Shown here piece after piece: positions 1 through 12,378 of a DNA stretch of 64,000 nucleotides. Made by a program: the position numbers and the translations under genes. The notes beneath the pieces were generated by a model. The model had not been told where the DNA came from, ran no database searches, and saw only the letters and a list, made by a program, of their open reading frames with translations. This DNA is from Azolla caroliniana. Its lineage: Eukaryota; Plantae; Polypodiophyta. The DNA is taken from positions 62,001 through 126,000 of the forward strand of contig JBHGNT010000002.1 of assembly GCA_043228905.1 (NCBI GenBank), given 5' to 3'. Position 1 is the first letter of the stretch. The number at the start of each line of letters is the position of its first letter.

Positions 1-1380
1 TACACGAGCCAGATATGAACATTTTAATTTACTCAAGGGCTCCTCTCAACTCACTACTCATGTTTGCTAATTTCGTCATGTCTCTCGACCGGAGTTTCAA
101 AATCTTGATTTTTGAATTCCATATCATAACTAGCGTTGTTAGCTTCGATTCCCATGTTTGAACACAAAAATCCGATATCACACAAGCCAGGTATGAACAT
201 TTTAATTTACCTACTAGCTCTTCTCAACTCACTCCTTAAATTTGGTAATTTCGTCATGTCTCTCGACCTGAGTTTCAAAATCTTGATTTTTTAATTCCAT
301 ATCATAGCTAGCGTTGTTAGCTTCGATTCGCATGTTTGAACACAAATATCCGATATTACACGAGCCAGGTATGAACATTTTAATTTACTCAAGGGCTTCG
401 CTCAACTCACTACTCATGTTTGCTAATTTCGTCATGTCTCTCGACGGGAGTTTCAAAATCTTGATTTTTGAATTCCATATCTTAGTTAGCGTTGTTAGCT
501 TCGATTCGCATGTTTGAACACAAATATCCGATATTACACGAGCCAGGTATGAACATTTTAATTTACTCAAGGGCTTCGCTAAACTCATTACTCATGTTTG
601 CTAATTTCGTCATGTCTCTCGACGGGAGTTTCAAAATCTTGATTTTTGAATTCCATATCATAGTTAGCGTTGTTAGCTTCGATTCGCATGTTTGAACACA
701 AAAATCCGATATCAGACGAGCCAGGTATGAACATTTTCATTTACTCAAGGGCTCCTCTCAACTCCCTCCTCATGTTTGCTAATTTGTCATGTCTCTCGAC
801 CTGAGTTTCAAAATCTTGAGTTTTCAATTCCATATCGTGGCTAGCATTGTTAGCTTCGATTCGCATGTTTGAACACAAAAATTCGATATTACACGAGCCA
901 GCTATGAACATTTTAATTTAGTCAAGGGCTCCTCTCAACTCACTCCTCAAATTTGGTAATTTCGTCATGTCTCTCGACCTGAGTTTCAAAATCTTGATTT
1001 TTCAATTCCATATCATAGCTAGCGTTGTTAGCTTCGATTCGCATGTTTGAACAAAAAAATCCGATATCACACGAGCCAGGTATGAACATTTTCATTTACC
1101 CACTAGATCTTCTCAACTCACTCCTCAAATTTGGTAATTTCGTCATGTCTCTCGACCTGAGTTTCAAAATCTTGATTTTTTAATTCGATATCATAGCTAG
1201 CGTTGTTAGCTTCGATTCGCATGTTTGAACACAAAAATCCGATATTACACGAGCTAGGTATGAACATTTTAATTTACTCAAGGGCTCCTCTCAACTCACT
1301 ACTCATGTTTGCTAATTTCGTCATGTCTCTCGACCGGAGTTTCAAAATATTGATTTTTGAATTCCATATCATAGCTAGCG

Positions 1381-1558
1381 TTGTTAGCTTCGATTCGCAT
1401 GTTTGAACACAAAAATCCGATATCACACGAGCCAGGTATGAACATTTTCATTTACTCAAGGGCTCCTCTCAACTCCCTACTCATGTTTGCTAATTTTGTC
1501 ATGTCTCTCGACCTGAGATTCAAAATCTTGATTTTTAAATTCCATATCATAGTTAGCG
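1381..1558 (+). repeat. Representative canonical 178-bp monomer (phase arbitrary, starting TTGTTAGCTT)
   Basis: The next copy starts at 1559. Hand count gives 67/178 G+C (~38%). Confidence 0.97.
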
Positions 1559-2627
1559 TTGTTAGCTTCGATTCGCATGTTTGAACATAAAAATCCGATA
1601 TCACACGAGCCAGGTATGAACATTTCCCTTTACCCACTAGCTCTTCTCAACTCACTCCTAAAATTTGGTAATTTCGTCATGTCTCTCGACCTGAGTTTCA
1701 AAATTTTGATTATTTAATTCCATATCATAGCTAGCGTTGTTAGCTTCGATTCGCATGTTTGAACACAAAAATCCGATATCACACGAGCCAGATATGAACA
1801 TTTTAATTTACTCAAGGGCTACTCTCAACTCACTCCTCATGTTTGCTAATTTCGTCATGTCTCTCGAACTGAGTTTCAAAATTTTGATTTTTCAATACCA
1901 TATCATAGCTGGCGTTGTTAGCTTCGATTCACATGTTTGAACATAAAAATCCGATATCACACGAGCCAGGTATGAACATTTTAATTTACTCAAGGGCTCC
2001 TCTCAACTCACTACTCATGTTTGCTAATTTCGTCCTGTCTCTCGAACTGAGTTTCAAAATATTGATTTTTGAATTCCATATCATAGCTAGCGTTGTTAGC
2101 TTCGATTCTCATATTTGAACACAAAAATCCGATATCACACGAGCCAGGTATGAATATTTTAATTTACTCAAGGGCTCCTATCAACTCACTCCTCAAATTT
2201 GGTAATTGAATCATGTCTCTCGACCTGAGTTTCAAAATCTTCATTTTTTAAAATCCATAGCATAGCTAGCGTTGTTAGCTTCGATTCACATGTTTGAACA
2301 CAAAAATCCGATATCACACGAGCCAGGTATGAACATTTTCCTTTACCCACTAGCTCTTCTCAACTCACTACTCATGTTTGCTAATTTCGTCCTGTCTCTC
2401 GAACTGAGTTTCAAAATCTTGATTTTTGAATTCCATATCATAGCTAGCGTTGTTAGCTTCGATTCGCATCTTTGAACACAAAAATCCAATATCACACGAG
2501 CCAGGTATGAATATATTAATTTACTCAAGGGCTCCTCTCAACTCACTCCTCAAATTTGGTAATGTCATCATGTCTCTCGACCTGAGTTTCAAAATCTTGA
2601 TTTTTGAATTCCATATCATGGCTAGCG

Positions 2628-2886
2628 TTGTTATCTTCGATTCGCATGTTTGAACACAAAAATCCGATACCACACGAGCCAGGTATGAACATTTTCATTT
2701 ACTCAAGGGCTCCTCTCTACTCACTACTCATGTTTGGTAATTTAATCATGTCTCTCGAACCAGGTATGAACATTTTCATTTACCCACTAGCTCTTCTCAA
2801 CTCACTCCTCAAATTTGGTATTTTCGTCATGTCTCTCGACCTGAGTTTCAAAATCTTGATTTTTTAATTCCATATCATAGCTAGCG
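2628..2886 (+). repeat. 259-bp variant monomer (178+81), first of 20 copies in the window
   Basis: Junction TCTCTCGAACCAGGTATGAAC at ~2751-2771. CCAGGTATGAAC occurs at 2679 and again at 2760 (81 bp apart). Other junctions are near 5141, 8251, 10825, 13392, 15963, 18534, 20040, 22258, 24829, 26513, 31398, 41570, 43254, 47363, 50471, 55540, 56155, 60689 and 63620, matching the 20 ORFs that contain 'SLEPGMN'. Confidence 0.95.
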
Positions 2887-4131
2887 TTGTTAGCTTCGAT
2901 TCGCATGTTTGAACACAAAAATCCGATATTACACGAGCCAGGTATGAACATTTTCATTTACTCAAGGGCTCCTCTCAACTCCCTCCTCAAATTTGGTAAT
3001 TTCGTCATGTCTCTCGACCTGAGTTTCAAAATCTTGATTTATCAATTCCATATCATGGCTAGCGTTGTTATCTTCGATTCGCATGTTCGAACACAAAAAT
3101 CCGATATCACACGAGCTAGGTATGAACATTTTCATTTACTCAAGGGCTCCTCTCAACTCACTCCTCAAATTTGGTAATTTCGTCATGTCTCTCGACCTGA
3201 GTTTTAAAATCTTGATTTTTCAATTCCATATCATGGCTAGCGTTGTTATCTTCGATTCGCATGTTCGAACACAAAAATCCGATATCACACGAGCTAGGAA
3301 GAACATTTTCATTTACTCAAGGGCTCCTCTCAACTCACTCCTCAAATTTGGTAATTTAGTCATGTCTCTCGACCTGAGTTTTAAAATCTTGATTTTTCAA
3401 TTCCATATCGTGGCTAGCGTTGTTATCTTCGATTCGCATGTTTGAACACAAAAATCCGATATTACACGAGCCAGCTATGAACATTTTAATTTAGTCAAGG
3501 GCTCCTCTCAACTCACTCCTCAAATTTGGTAATTTCGTCGTGTCTCTCGACCTGAGTTTCAAAATGTTGATTTATTAATTCCATATCATAGCTAGCGTTG
3601 TTAGCTTCGATTCGCATGTTTGAACACAAAAATCCGATATCACACGAGCCAGGTATGAACATTTTCATTTACCCACTAGATCTTCTCAACTCACTCCTCA
3701 AATTTGGTAATTTCGTCATGTCTCTCGACCTGAGTTTCAAAATCTTGATTTTTTAATTCGATATCATAGCTAGCGTTGTTAGCTTCGATTCGCATGTTTG
3801 AACACAAAAATCCGATATTACACGAGCCAGGTATGAACATTTTAATTTACTCAAGGGCTCCTCTCAACTCACTACTCATGTTTGCTAATTTCGTCATGTC
3901 TCTCGACCGGAGTTTCAAAATCTTGATTTTTGAATTCCATATCATAGCTAGCGTTGTTAGCTTCGATTCGCATGTTTGAACACAAAAATCCGATATCACA
4001 CGAGCCAGGTATGAACATTTTCATTTACTCAAGGGCTCCTCTCAACTCCCTCCTCATGTTTGCTAATTTTGTCATGTCTCTCGACCTGAGTTTCAAAATC
4101 TTGATTTATAAATTCCATATCGTGGCTAGCA

Positions 4132-4304
4132 TTGTTAGCTTCGATTCGCATGTTTGAACACAAAAATCCGATATTACACGAGCCAGCTATGAACATTTTA
4201 ATTTAGTCAAGGGCTCCTCTCAACTCACTCCTCAAATTTGGTAATTTCGTCTCTCGACCTCAGTTTCAAAATCTTGATTTTTCAATTCCATATCATGGCT
4301 AGCG
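4132..4304 (+). repeat. 173-bp variant monomer (5-bp deletion); second copy at ~12206-12378
   Basis: TTTCGTCATGTCTCTCG is reduced to TTTCGTCTCTCG at ~4246-4257 and ~12319-12330. ORF spacing 3954->4305 = 351 = 178+173. Confidence 0.93.
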
Positions 4305-5809
4305 TTGTTATCTTCGATTCACATGTTTGAACACAAAAATCCGATATCACACGAGCCAGGTATGAACATTTTCATTTACTCAAGGGCTCCTCTCAACTCA
4401 CTACTCATGTTTGGTAATTTAATCATGTCTCTCGACTTGAGTTTCAAAATCTTGATTTTTCAATTCCATATCAATGCTAGCGTTGTTAGCTTCGATTCGC
4501 ATGTTTGAACACAAAACTCCGATATCACACGAGCCAGGTATGAACATTTTAATTTACCGAAGGGCTCCTCTCAACTCCCTCCTCATGTTTGCTAATTCCG
4601 TCGTGTCTCTCGACCTGAGTTTCAAAATCTTGATTTTTGAATTCCATATCATAGCTAGCGTTGTTAGCTTCGATTCGCATGTTTGAACACAAAAATCCGA
4701 TATCACACGAGCCAGGTATGAACATTTTATTTTACTCAAGGGCTCCTCTCAACTCCCTCCTCATGTTTCCTAATTTCGTCGTGTCTCTGGACCTGAGTTT
4801 CAAAATCTTGATTTTTGAATTCCATCTCATAGCTAGCGTTGTTAGCTTTGATTCGCATGTTTGAACATAGAAATCCGATATCACACAAGCCAGGTATGAA
4901 CATTTTCATTTACTCAAGGGCTCCTCTCAACTCACTACTCATGTTTGGTAATTTAATCACGTCTCTCGACCTGAGTTTCAAAATCTTGATTTTTGAATTC
5001 CATATCATAGCTAGCGTTGTTAGCTTCGATTCGCATGTTTGAACACAAAAATCCGATATCACACGAGCCAGGTATGAACATTTTCATTTACTCAAGGGCT
5101 CCTCTCTACTCACTACTCACGTTTGGTAATTTAATCATGTCTCTCGAACCAGGTATGAACATTTTCATTTACCCACTAGCTCTTCTCAACTCACTCCTCA
5201 AATTTGGTATTTTCGTCATGTCTCTAGACCTGAGTTTCAAAATCTTGAATTTTCAAATCCATATCATGGCTAGCGATGTTAGCTTCGATTCACATGTTTG
5301 AACACAAAAATCCGATATCACACAAACCAGGTATGAACATTTTAATTTACCCACTAGCTCTTCTGAACTCACTCCTCAAATTTGGTATTTTCGTCATGTC
5401 TCTCGACCTGAGTTTCAAAATCTTGATTTTTTAATTCCATATCATAGCTAGCGTTGTTAGCTTCGATTCGCATGTTTGAACACAAAAATCCGATATTACA
5501 CGAGCCAGGTATGAACATTTTCATTTACTCAAGGGCTCCTCTCAACCCCCTCCTCAAATTTGGTAATTTCGTCATGTCTCTCGACCTGAGTTTCAAAATC
5601 TTGATTTATCAATTCCATATCATGGCTAGCGTTGTTATCTTCGTTTCGCATGTTCGAACACAAAAATCTGATATCACACGAGCTAGGTATGAACATTTTC
5701 ATTTACTCAAGGGCTCCTCTCAACTCACTCCTCAAATTTGGTAATTTCGTCATGTCTCTCGACCTGAGTTTTAAAATCTTGATTTTTCAATTCCATATCA
5801 TGGCTAGCG

Positions 5810-7948
5810 TTGTTATCTTCGATTCGCATGTTTGAACACAAAAATCCGATATCACACGCGCCAGGTATGAACATTTTCATTTACTCAAGGGCTACTCTCA
5901 ACTCACTACTCATGTTTGGTAATTTAATCATGTGTCTCGACCTGAGTTTCAAAATCTTGATTTTTCAATACCATATCATAGCTGGCGTTGTTAGCTTCGA
6001 TTCACATGTTTGAACATAAAAATCCGATATCACACGAGCCAGGTATGAACATTTTAATTTACTCAAGGGCTCCTCTCAACTCACCACTCATGTTTGCTAA
6101 TTTCGTCCTGTCTCTCGAACTGAGTTTCACAATATTGATTTTTGAATTCCATATCATAGCTAGCGTTGTTAGCTTCGATTCGCATATTTGAACACAAAAA
6201 TCCGATATCACACGAGCCAGGTATGAACATTTTAATTTACTCAAGGGCTCCTATCAACTCACTCCTCAAATTTGGTAATTGAATCATGTCTCTCGACCTG
6301 AGTTTCAAAATCTTCATTTTTTAAAATCCATATCATAGCTAGCGTTGTTAGCTTCGATTCACATGTTTGAACACAAAAATCCAATATCACACGAGCCAGG
6401 TATGAACATTTTCCTTTACCCACTAGCTCTTCTCAACTCACTACTCATGTTTGCTAATTTCGTCCTGTCTCTCGAACTGAGTTTCAAAATCTTGATTTTT
6501 GAATTCCATATCATAGCTGGCGTTGTTATCTTCGATTCGCATGTTTGAACACAAAAATCCGATATCACACGAGCCAGGTATGAACATTTTCATTTACTCA
6601 AGGGCTCCTCTCAACTCACTACTCATGTTTGGTAATTTAATCATGTCTCTCGACCTGAGTTTCAAAATCTTGATTTTTCAATACCATATCATAGCTGGCG
6701 TTGTTAGCTTCGATTCACATGTTTGAACATAAAAATCCGATATCACACGAGCCAGGTATGAACATTTTAATTTACTCAAGGGCTCCTCTCAACTCACTAC
6801 TCATGTTTGCTAATTTCGTCCTGTCTCTCGAACTGAGTTTCACAATATTGATTTTTGAATTCCATATCATAGCTAGCGTTGTTAGCTTCGATTCGCATAT
6901 TTGAACACAAAAATCCGATATCACACGAGCCAGGTATGAACATTTTAATTTACTCAAGGGCTCCTATCAACTCACTCCTCAAATTTGGTAATTGAATCAT
7001 GTCTCTCGACCTGAGTTTCAAAATCTTCATTTTTTAAAATCCATATCATAGCTAGCGTTGTTAGCTTCGATTCACATGTTTGAACACAAAAATCCGATAT
7101 CACACGAGCCAGGTATGAACATTTTCCTTTACCCACTAGCTCTTCTCAACTCACTACTCATGTTTGCTAATTTCGTCCTGTCTCTCGAACTGAGTTTCAA
7201 AATCTTGATTTTTGAATTCCATATCATAGCTAGCGTTGTTATCTTCGATTCGCATGTTTGAACACAAAAATCCGATATCACACGAGCCAGGTATGAACAT
7301 TTTCATTTACTCAAGGGCTCCTCTCAACTCACTACTCATGTTTGGTAATTTAATCATGTCTCTCGACCTGAGTTTCAAAATCTTGATTTTTCAATACCAT
7401 ATCATAGCTGGCGTTGTTAGCTTCGATTCACATGTTTGAACATAAAAATCCGATATCACACGAGCCAGGTATGAACATTTTAATTTACTCAAGGGCTCCT
7501 CTCAACTCACTACTCATGTTTGCTAATTTCGTCCTGTCTCTCGAACTGAGTTTCACAATATTGATTTTTGAATTCCATATCATAGCTAGCGTTGTTAGCT
7601 TCGATTCGCATATTTGAACACAAAAATCCGATATCACACGAGCCAGGTATGAACATTTTAATTTACTCAAGGGCTCCTATCAACTCACTCCTCAAATTTG
7701 GTAATTTCGTCATGTCTCTCGACCTGAGTTTCAAAATCTTCATTTTTTAAAATCCATATCATAGCTAGCGTTGTTAGCTTCGATTCACATGTTTGAACAC
7801 AAAAATCCGATATCACACGAGCCAGGTATGAACATTTTCCTTTACCCACTAGCTCTTCTCAACTCACTACTCATGTTTGCTAATTTCGTCCTGTCTCTCG
7901 AACTGAGTTTCAAAATCTTGATTTTTGAATTCCATATCATAGCTAGCG
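5810..7948 (+). repeat. Local 4-monomer higher-order repeat, 713-bp period, 3 tandem copies
   Basis: Matching variant monomers at 5810/6523/7236, 5988/6701/7414 (TTTCACAATATTG marker) and 6345/7058/7771. 713 = 3x178+179. Confidence 0.92.
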
Positions 7949-8563
7949 TTGTTAGCTTCGATTCGCATCTTTGAACACAAAAATCCGATATCACACGAGC
8001 CAGGTATGAATATTTTAATTTACTCAAGGGCTCCTCTCAACTCACTCCTCAAATTTGGTAATGTCATCATGTCTCTCGACCTGAGTTTCAAAATCTTGAT
8101 TTTTGAATTCCATATCATGGCTAGCGTTGTTATCTTCGATTCGCATGTTTGAACACAAAAATCCGATACCACACGAGCCAGGTATGAACATTTTCATTTA
8201 CTCAAGGGCTCCTCTCTACTCACTACTCATGTTTGGTAATTTAATCATGTCTCTTGAACCAGGTATGAACATTTTCATTTACCCACTAGCTCTTCTCAAC
8301 TCACTCCTCAAATTTGGTATTTTCGTCATGTCTCTAGACCTGAGTTTCAAAATCTTGAATTTTCAAATCCATATCATGGCTAGCGTTGTTAGCTTCGATT
8401 CACATGTTTGAACACAAAAATCCGATATCACACGAGCCAGGTATGAACATTTTAATTTACTCAAGGGCTCCTCTCAACTCACTCCTCAAATTTGGTATTT
8501 TCGTCATGTCTCTCGACCTGAGTTTCAAAATCTTGATTTTTTAATTCCATATCATAGCTAGCG

Positions 8564-9830
8564 TTGTTAGCTTCGATTCGCATGTTTGAACACAAAAATC
8601 CGATATTACACGAGCCAGCTATGAACATTTTAATTTAGTCAAGGGCTCCTCTCAACTCACTCCTCAAATTTGGTAATTTCGTCATGTCTCTCGACCTGAG
8701 TTTTAAAATCTTGATTTTTCAATTCCATATCATGGCTAGCGTTGTTATCTTCGATTCGCATGTTTGAACACAAAAATCCGATATCACACGAGCCAGGTAT
8801 GAACATTTTCATTTACTCAAGGGCTCCTCTCAACTCACTACTCATGTTTGGTAATTTAATCACGTCTCTCGACCTGAGTTTCAAAATCTTGATTTTTCAA
8901 TACCATATCATAGCTAGCGTTGTTAGCTTCGATTCGCATGTTTGAACACAAAAATCCGATATCACACGAGCCAGGTATGAACATTTTAATTTACTCAAGG
9001 GCTCCTCTCAACTCGCTCCTCATGTTTGCTAATTTCGTCGTGTCTCTCGACCTGAGTTTCAAAATCTTGATTTGTTAATTCCATATCATAGCTAGCGTTG
9101 TTAGCTTCGATTCCCATGTTTGAACACAAAAATCCGATATCACACGAGCCAGGTATGAACATTTTAATTTACCCACTAGCTCTTCTCAACTCACTCCTCA
9201 AATTTGGTATTTTCGTCATGTCTCTCGACCTGAGTTTCAAAATCTTGATTTTTTAATTCCATATCATAGCTAGCGTTGTTAGCTTCGATTCGCATGTTTG
9301 AACACAAAAATCCGATATTACACGAGCCAGCTATGAACATTTTAATTTAGTCAAGGGCTCCTCTCAACTCACTCCTCAAATTTGGTAATTTCGTCATGTC
9401 TCTCGACCTGAGTTTCAAAATCTTGATTTTTCAATTCCATATCATGGCTAGCATTGTTATCTTCGATTCGCATGTTTGAACACAAAAATCCGATATCACA
9501 CGAGCCAGGTATGAACATTTTCATTTACTCAAGGGCTCCTCTCAACTCACTACTCATGTTTGGTAATTTAATCACGTCTCTCGACCTGAGTTTCAAAATC
9601 TTGATTTTTCAATACCATATCATAGCTAGCGTTGTTAGCTTCGATTCGCATGTTTGAACACAAAAATCCGATATCACACGAGCCAGGTATGAACATTTTA
9701 ATTTACTCAAGGGCTCCTCTCAACTCGCTCCTCATGTTTGCTAATTTCGTCGTGTCTCTCGACCTGAGTTTCAAAATCTTGATTTGTTAATTCCATATCA
9801 TAGCTAGCGTTGTTAGCTTCGATTCCCATG
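8564..9830 (+). repeat. Local 4-monomer duplication, 712-bp period, ~2 copies
   Basis: Identical monomer types at 8742/9454. Markers TTTAGTCAAGG (~8634/9346) and GATTTGTTAATT (~9069/9781) are offset by 712. Confidence 0.85.
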
Positions 9831-12378
9831 TTTGTAAACAAAAATCCGATATCACACGAGCCAGGTATGAACATTTTATTTTACTCAAGGGCTCCTCTCA
9901 ACTCACTCCTCAAATTTGGTAATTTCGTCATGTCTCTCGACCTGAGTTTTAAAATCTTGATTTTTCAATTCCATATCATAGCTGGCGTTGTTAACTTCGA
10001 TTCACATGTTTGAACATAAAAATCCGATATCACACGAGCCAGGTATGAACATTTTAATTTACTCAAGGGCTCCTCTCAACTAACTACTCATGTTTGCTAA
10101 TTTCGTCCTGTCTCTCGAACTGAGTTTAGCAATATTGATTTTTGAATTCCATATCATAGCTAGCGTTGTTAGCTTCGATTCGCATATTTGAACACAGAAA
10201 TCCGATATCACACGAGCCAGGTATGAACATTTTAATTTACTCAAGGGCTCCTATCAACTCACTCCTCAAATTTGGTAATTGAATCATGTCTCTCGACCTG
10301 AGTTTCAAAATCTTCATTTTTTAAAATCCATATCATAGCTAGCGTTGTTAGCTTCGATTCACATGTTTGAACACAAAAATCCGATATCACACGAGCCAGG
10401 TATGAACATTTTCCTTTACCCACTAGCTCTTCTCAACTCACTACTCATGTTTGCTAATTTCGTCCTGTCTCTCGAACTGAGTTTCAAAATCTTGATTTTT
10501 GAATTCCATATCATAGCTAGCGTTGTTAGCTTCGATTCGCATCTTTGAACACAAAAATCCGATATCACACGAGCCAGGTATGAATATTTTAATTTACTCA
10601 AGGGCTCCTCTCAACTCACTCCTCAAATTTGGTAATGTCATCATGTCTCTCGACCTGAGTTTCAAAATCTTGATTTTTGAATTCCATATCATGGCTAGCG
10701 TTGTTATCTTCGATTCGCATGTTTGAACACAAAAATCCGATACCACACGAGCCAGGTATGAACATTTTCATTTACTCAAGGGCTCCTCTCTACTCACTAC
10801 TCATGTTTGGTAATTTAATCATGTCTCTCGAACCAGGTATGAACATTTTCATTTACCCACTAGCTCTTCTCAACTCACTCCTCAAATTTGGTATTTTCGT
10901 CATGTCTCTCGACCTGAGTTTCAAAATCTTGATTTTTTAATTCCATATCATAGCTAGCGTTGTTAGCTTCGATTCGCATGTTTGAACACAAAAATCCGAT
11001 ATTACACGAGCCAGGTATGAACATTTTCATTTACTCAAGGGCTCCTCTCAACTCCCTCCTCAAATTTGGTAATTTCGTCATGTCTCTCGACCTGAGTTTC
11101 AAAATCTTGATTTATCAATTCCATATCATGGCTAGCGTTGTTATCTTCGATTCGCATGTTCGAACACAAAAATCCGATATCACACGAGCTAGGTATGAAC
11201 ATTTTCATTTACTCAAGGGCTCCTCTCAACTCACTCCTCAAATTTGGTAATTTCGTCATGTCTCTCGACCTGAGTTTTAAAATCTTGATTTTTCAATTCC
11301 ATATCATGGCTAGCGTTGTTATCTTCGATTCGCAGGTTCGAACACAAAAATCCGATATCACACGAGCTAGGTATGAACATTTTCATTTACTCAAGGGCTC
11401 CTCTCAACTCACTCCTCAAATTTGGTAATTTCGTCATGTCTCTCGACCTGAGTTTTAAAATCTTGATTTTTCAATTCCATATCGTGGCTAGCGTTGTTAT
11501 CTTCGATTCGCATGTTTGAACACAAAAATCCGATATTACACGAGCCAGCTATGAACATTTTAATTTAGTCAAGGGCTCCTCTCAACTCACTCCTCAAATT
11601 TGGTAATTTCGTCGTGTCTCTCGACCTGAGTTTCAAAATGTTGATTTATTAATTCCATATCATAGCTAGCGTTGTTAGCTTCGATTCGCATGTTTGAACA
11701 CAAAAATCCGATATCACACGAGCCAGGTATGAACATTTTCATTTACCCACTAGATCTTCTCAACTCACTCCTCAAATTTGGTAATTTCGTCATGTCTCTC
11801 GACCTGAGTTTCAAAATCTTGATTTTTTAATTCGATATCATAGCTAGCGTTGTTAGCTTCGATTCGCATGTTTGAACACAAAAATCCGATATTACACGAG
11901 CCAGGTATGAACATTTTAATTTACTCAAGGGCTCCTCTCAACTCACTACTCATGTTTGCTAATTTCGTCATGTCTCTCGACCGGAGTTTCAAAATCTTGA
12001 TTTTTGAATTCCATATCATAGCTAGCGTTGTTAGCTTCGATTCGCATGTTTGAACACAAAAATCCGATATCACACGAGCCAGGTATGAACATTTTCATTT
12101 ACTCAAGGGCTCCTCTCAACTCCCACCTCATGTTTGCTAATTTTGTCATGTCTCTCGACCTGAGTTTCAAAATCTTGATTTATCAATTCCATATCGTGGC
12201 TAGCATTGTTAGCTTCGATTCGCATGTTTGAACACAAAAATCCGATATTACACGAGCCAGCTATGAACATTTTAATTTAGTCAAGGGCTCCTCTCAACTC
12301 ACTCCTCAAATTTGGTAATTTCGTCTCTCGACCTCAGTTTCAAAATCTTGATTTTTCAATTCCATATCATGGCTAGCG

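Noticed and set aside
1381-1558. Arabidopsis thaliana CEN178/CEN180 or primate alpha satellite identity based on length
   Set aside because: Only the length is similar. The sequence does not match those consensus sequences as I recall them, and I see no canonical CENP-B box. A database search is needed for any family name.
1381-1558. Tandem 5S rRNA, tRNA, snRNA or spliced-leader gene array
   Set aside because: No recognisable 5S or tRNA sequence, cloverleaf or Pol III A/B/C boxes, and variation is spread over the unit rather than confined to a spacer. An Rfam/Infernal scan would be the formal test.
3065-3445. Longest ORF (126 aa) as a possible real gene
   Set aside because: It results from a TGA>CGA variant plus a private 1-bp deletion near 3299 that joins frames of adjacent monomers. 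The duplicate block at 11138 lacks it.
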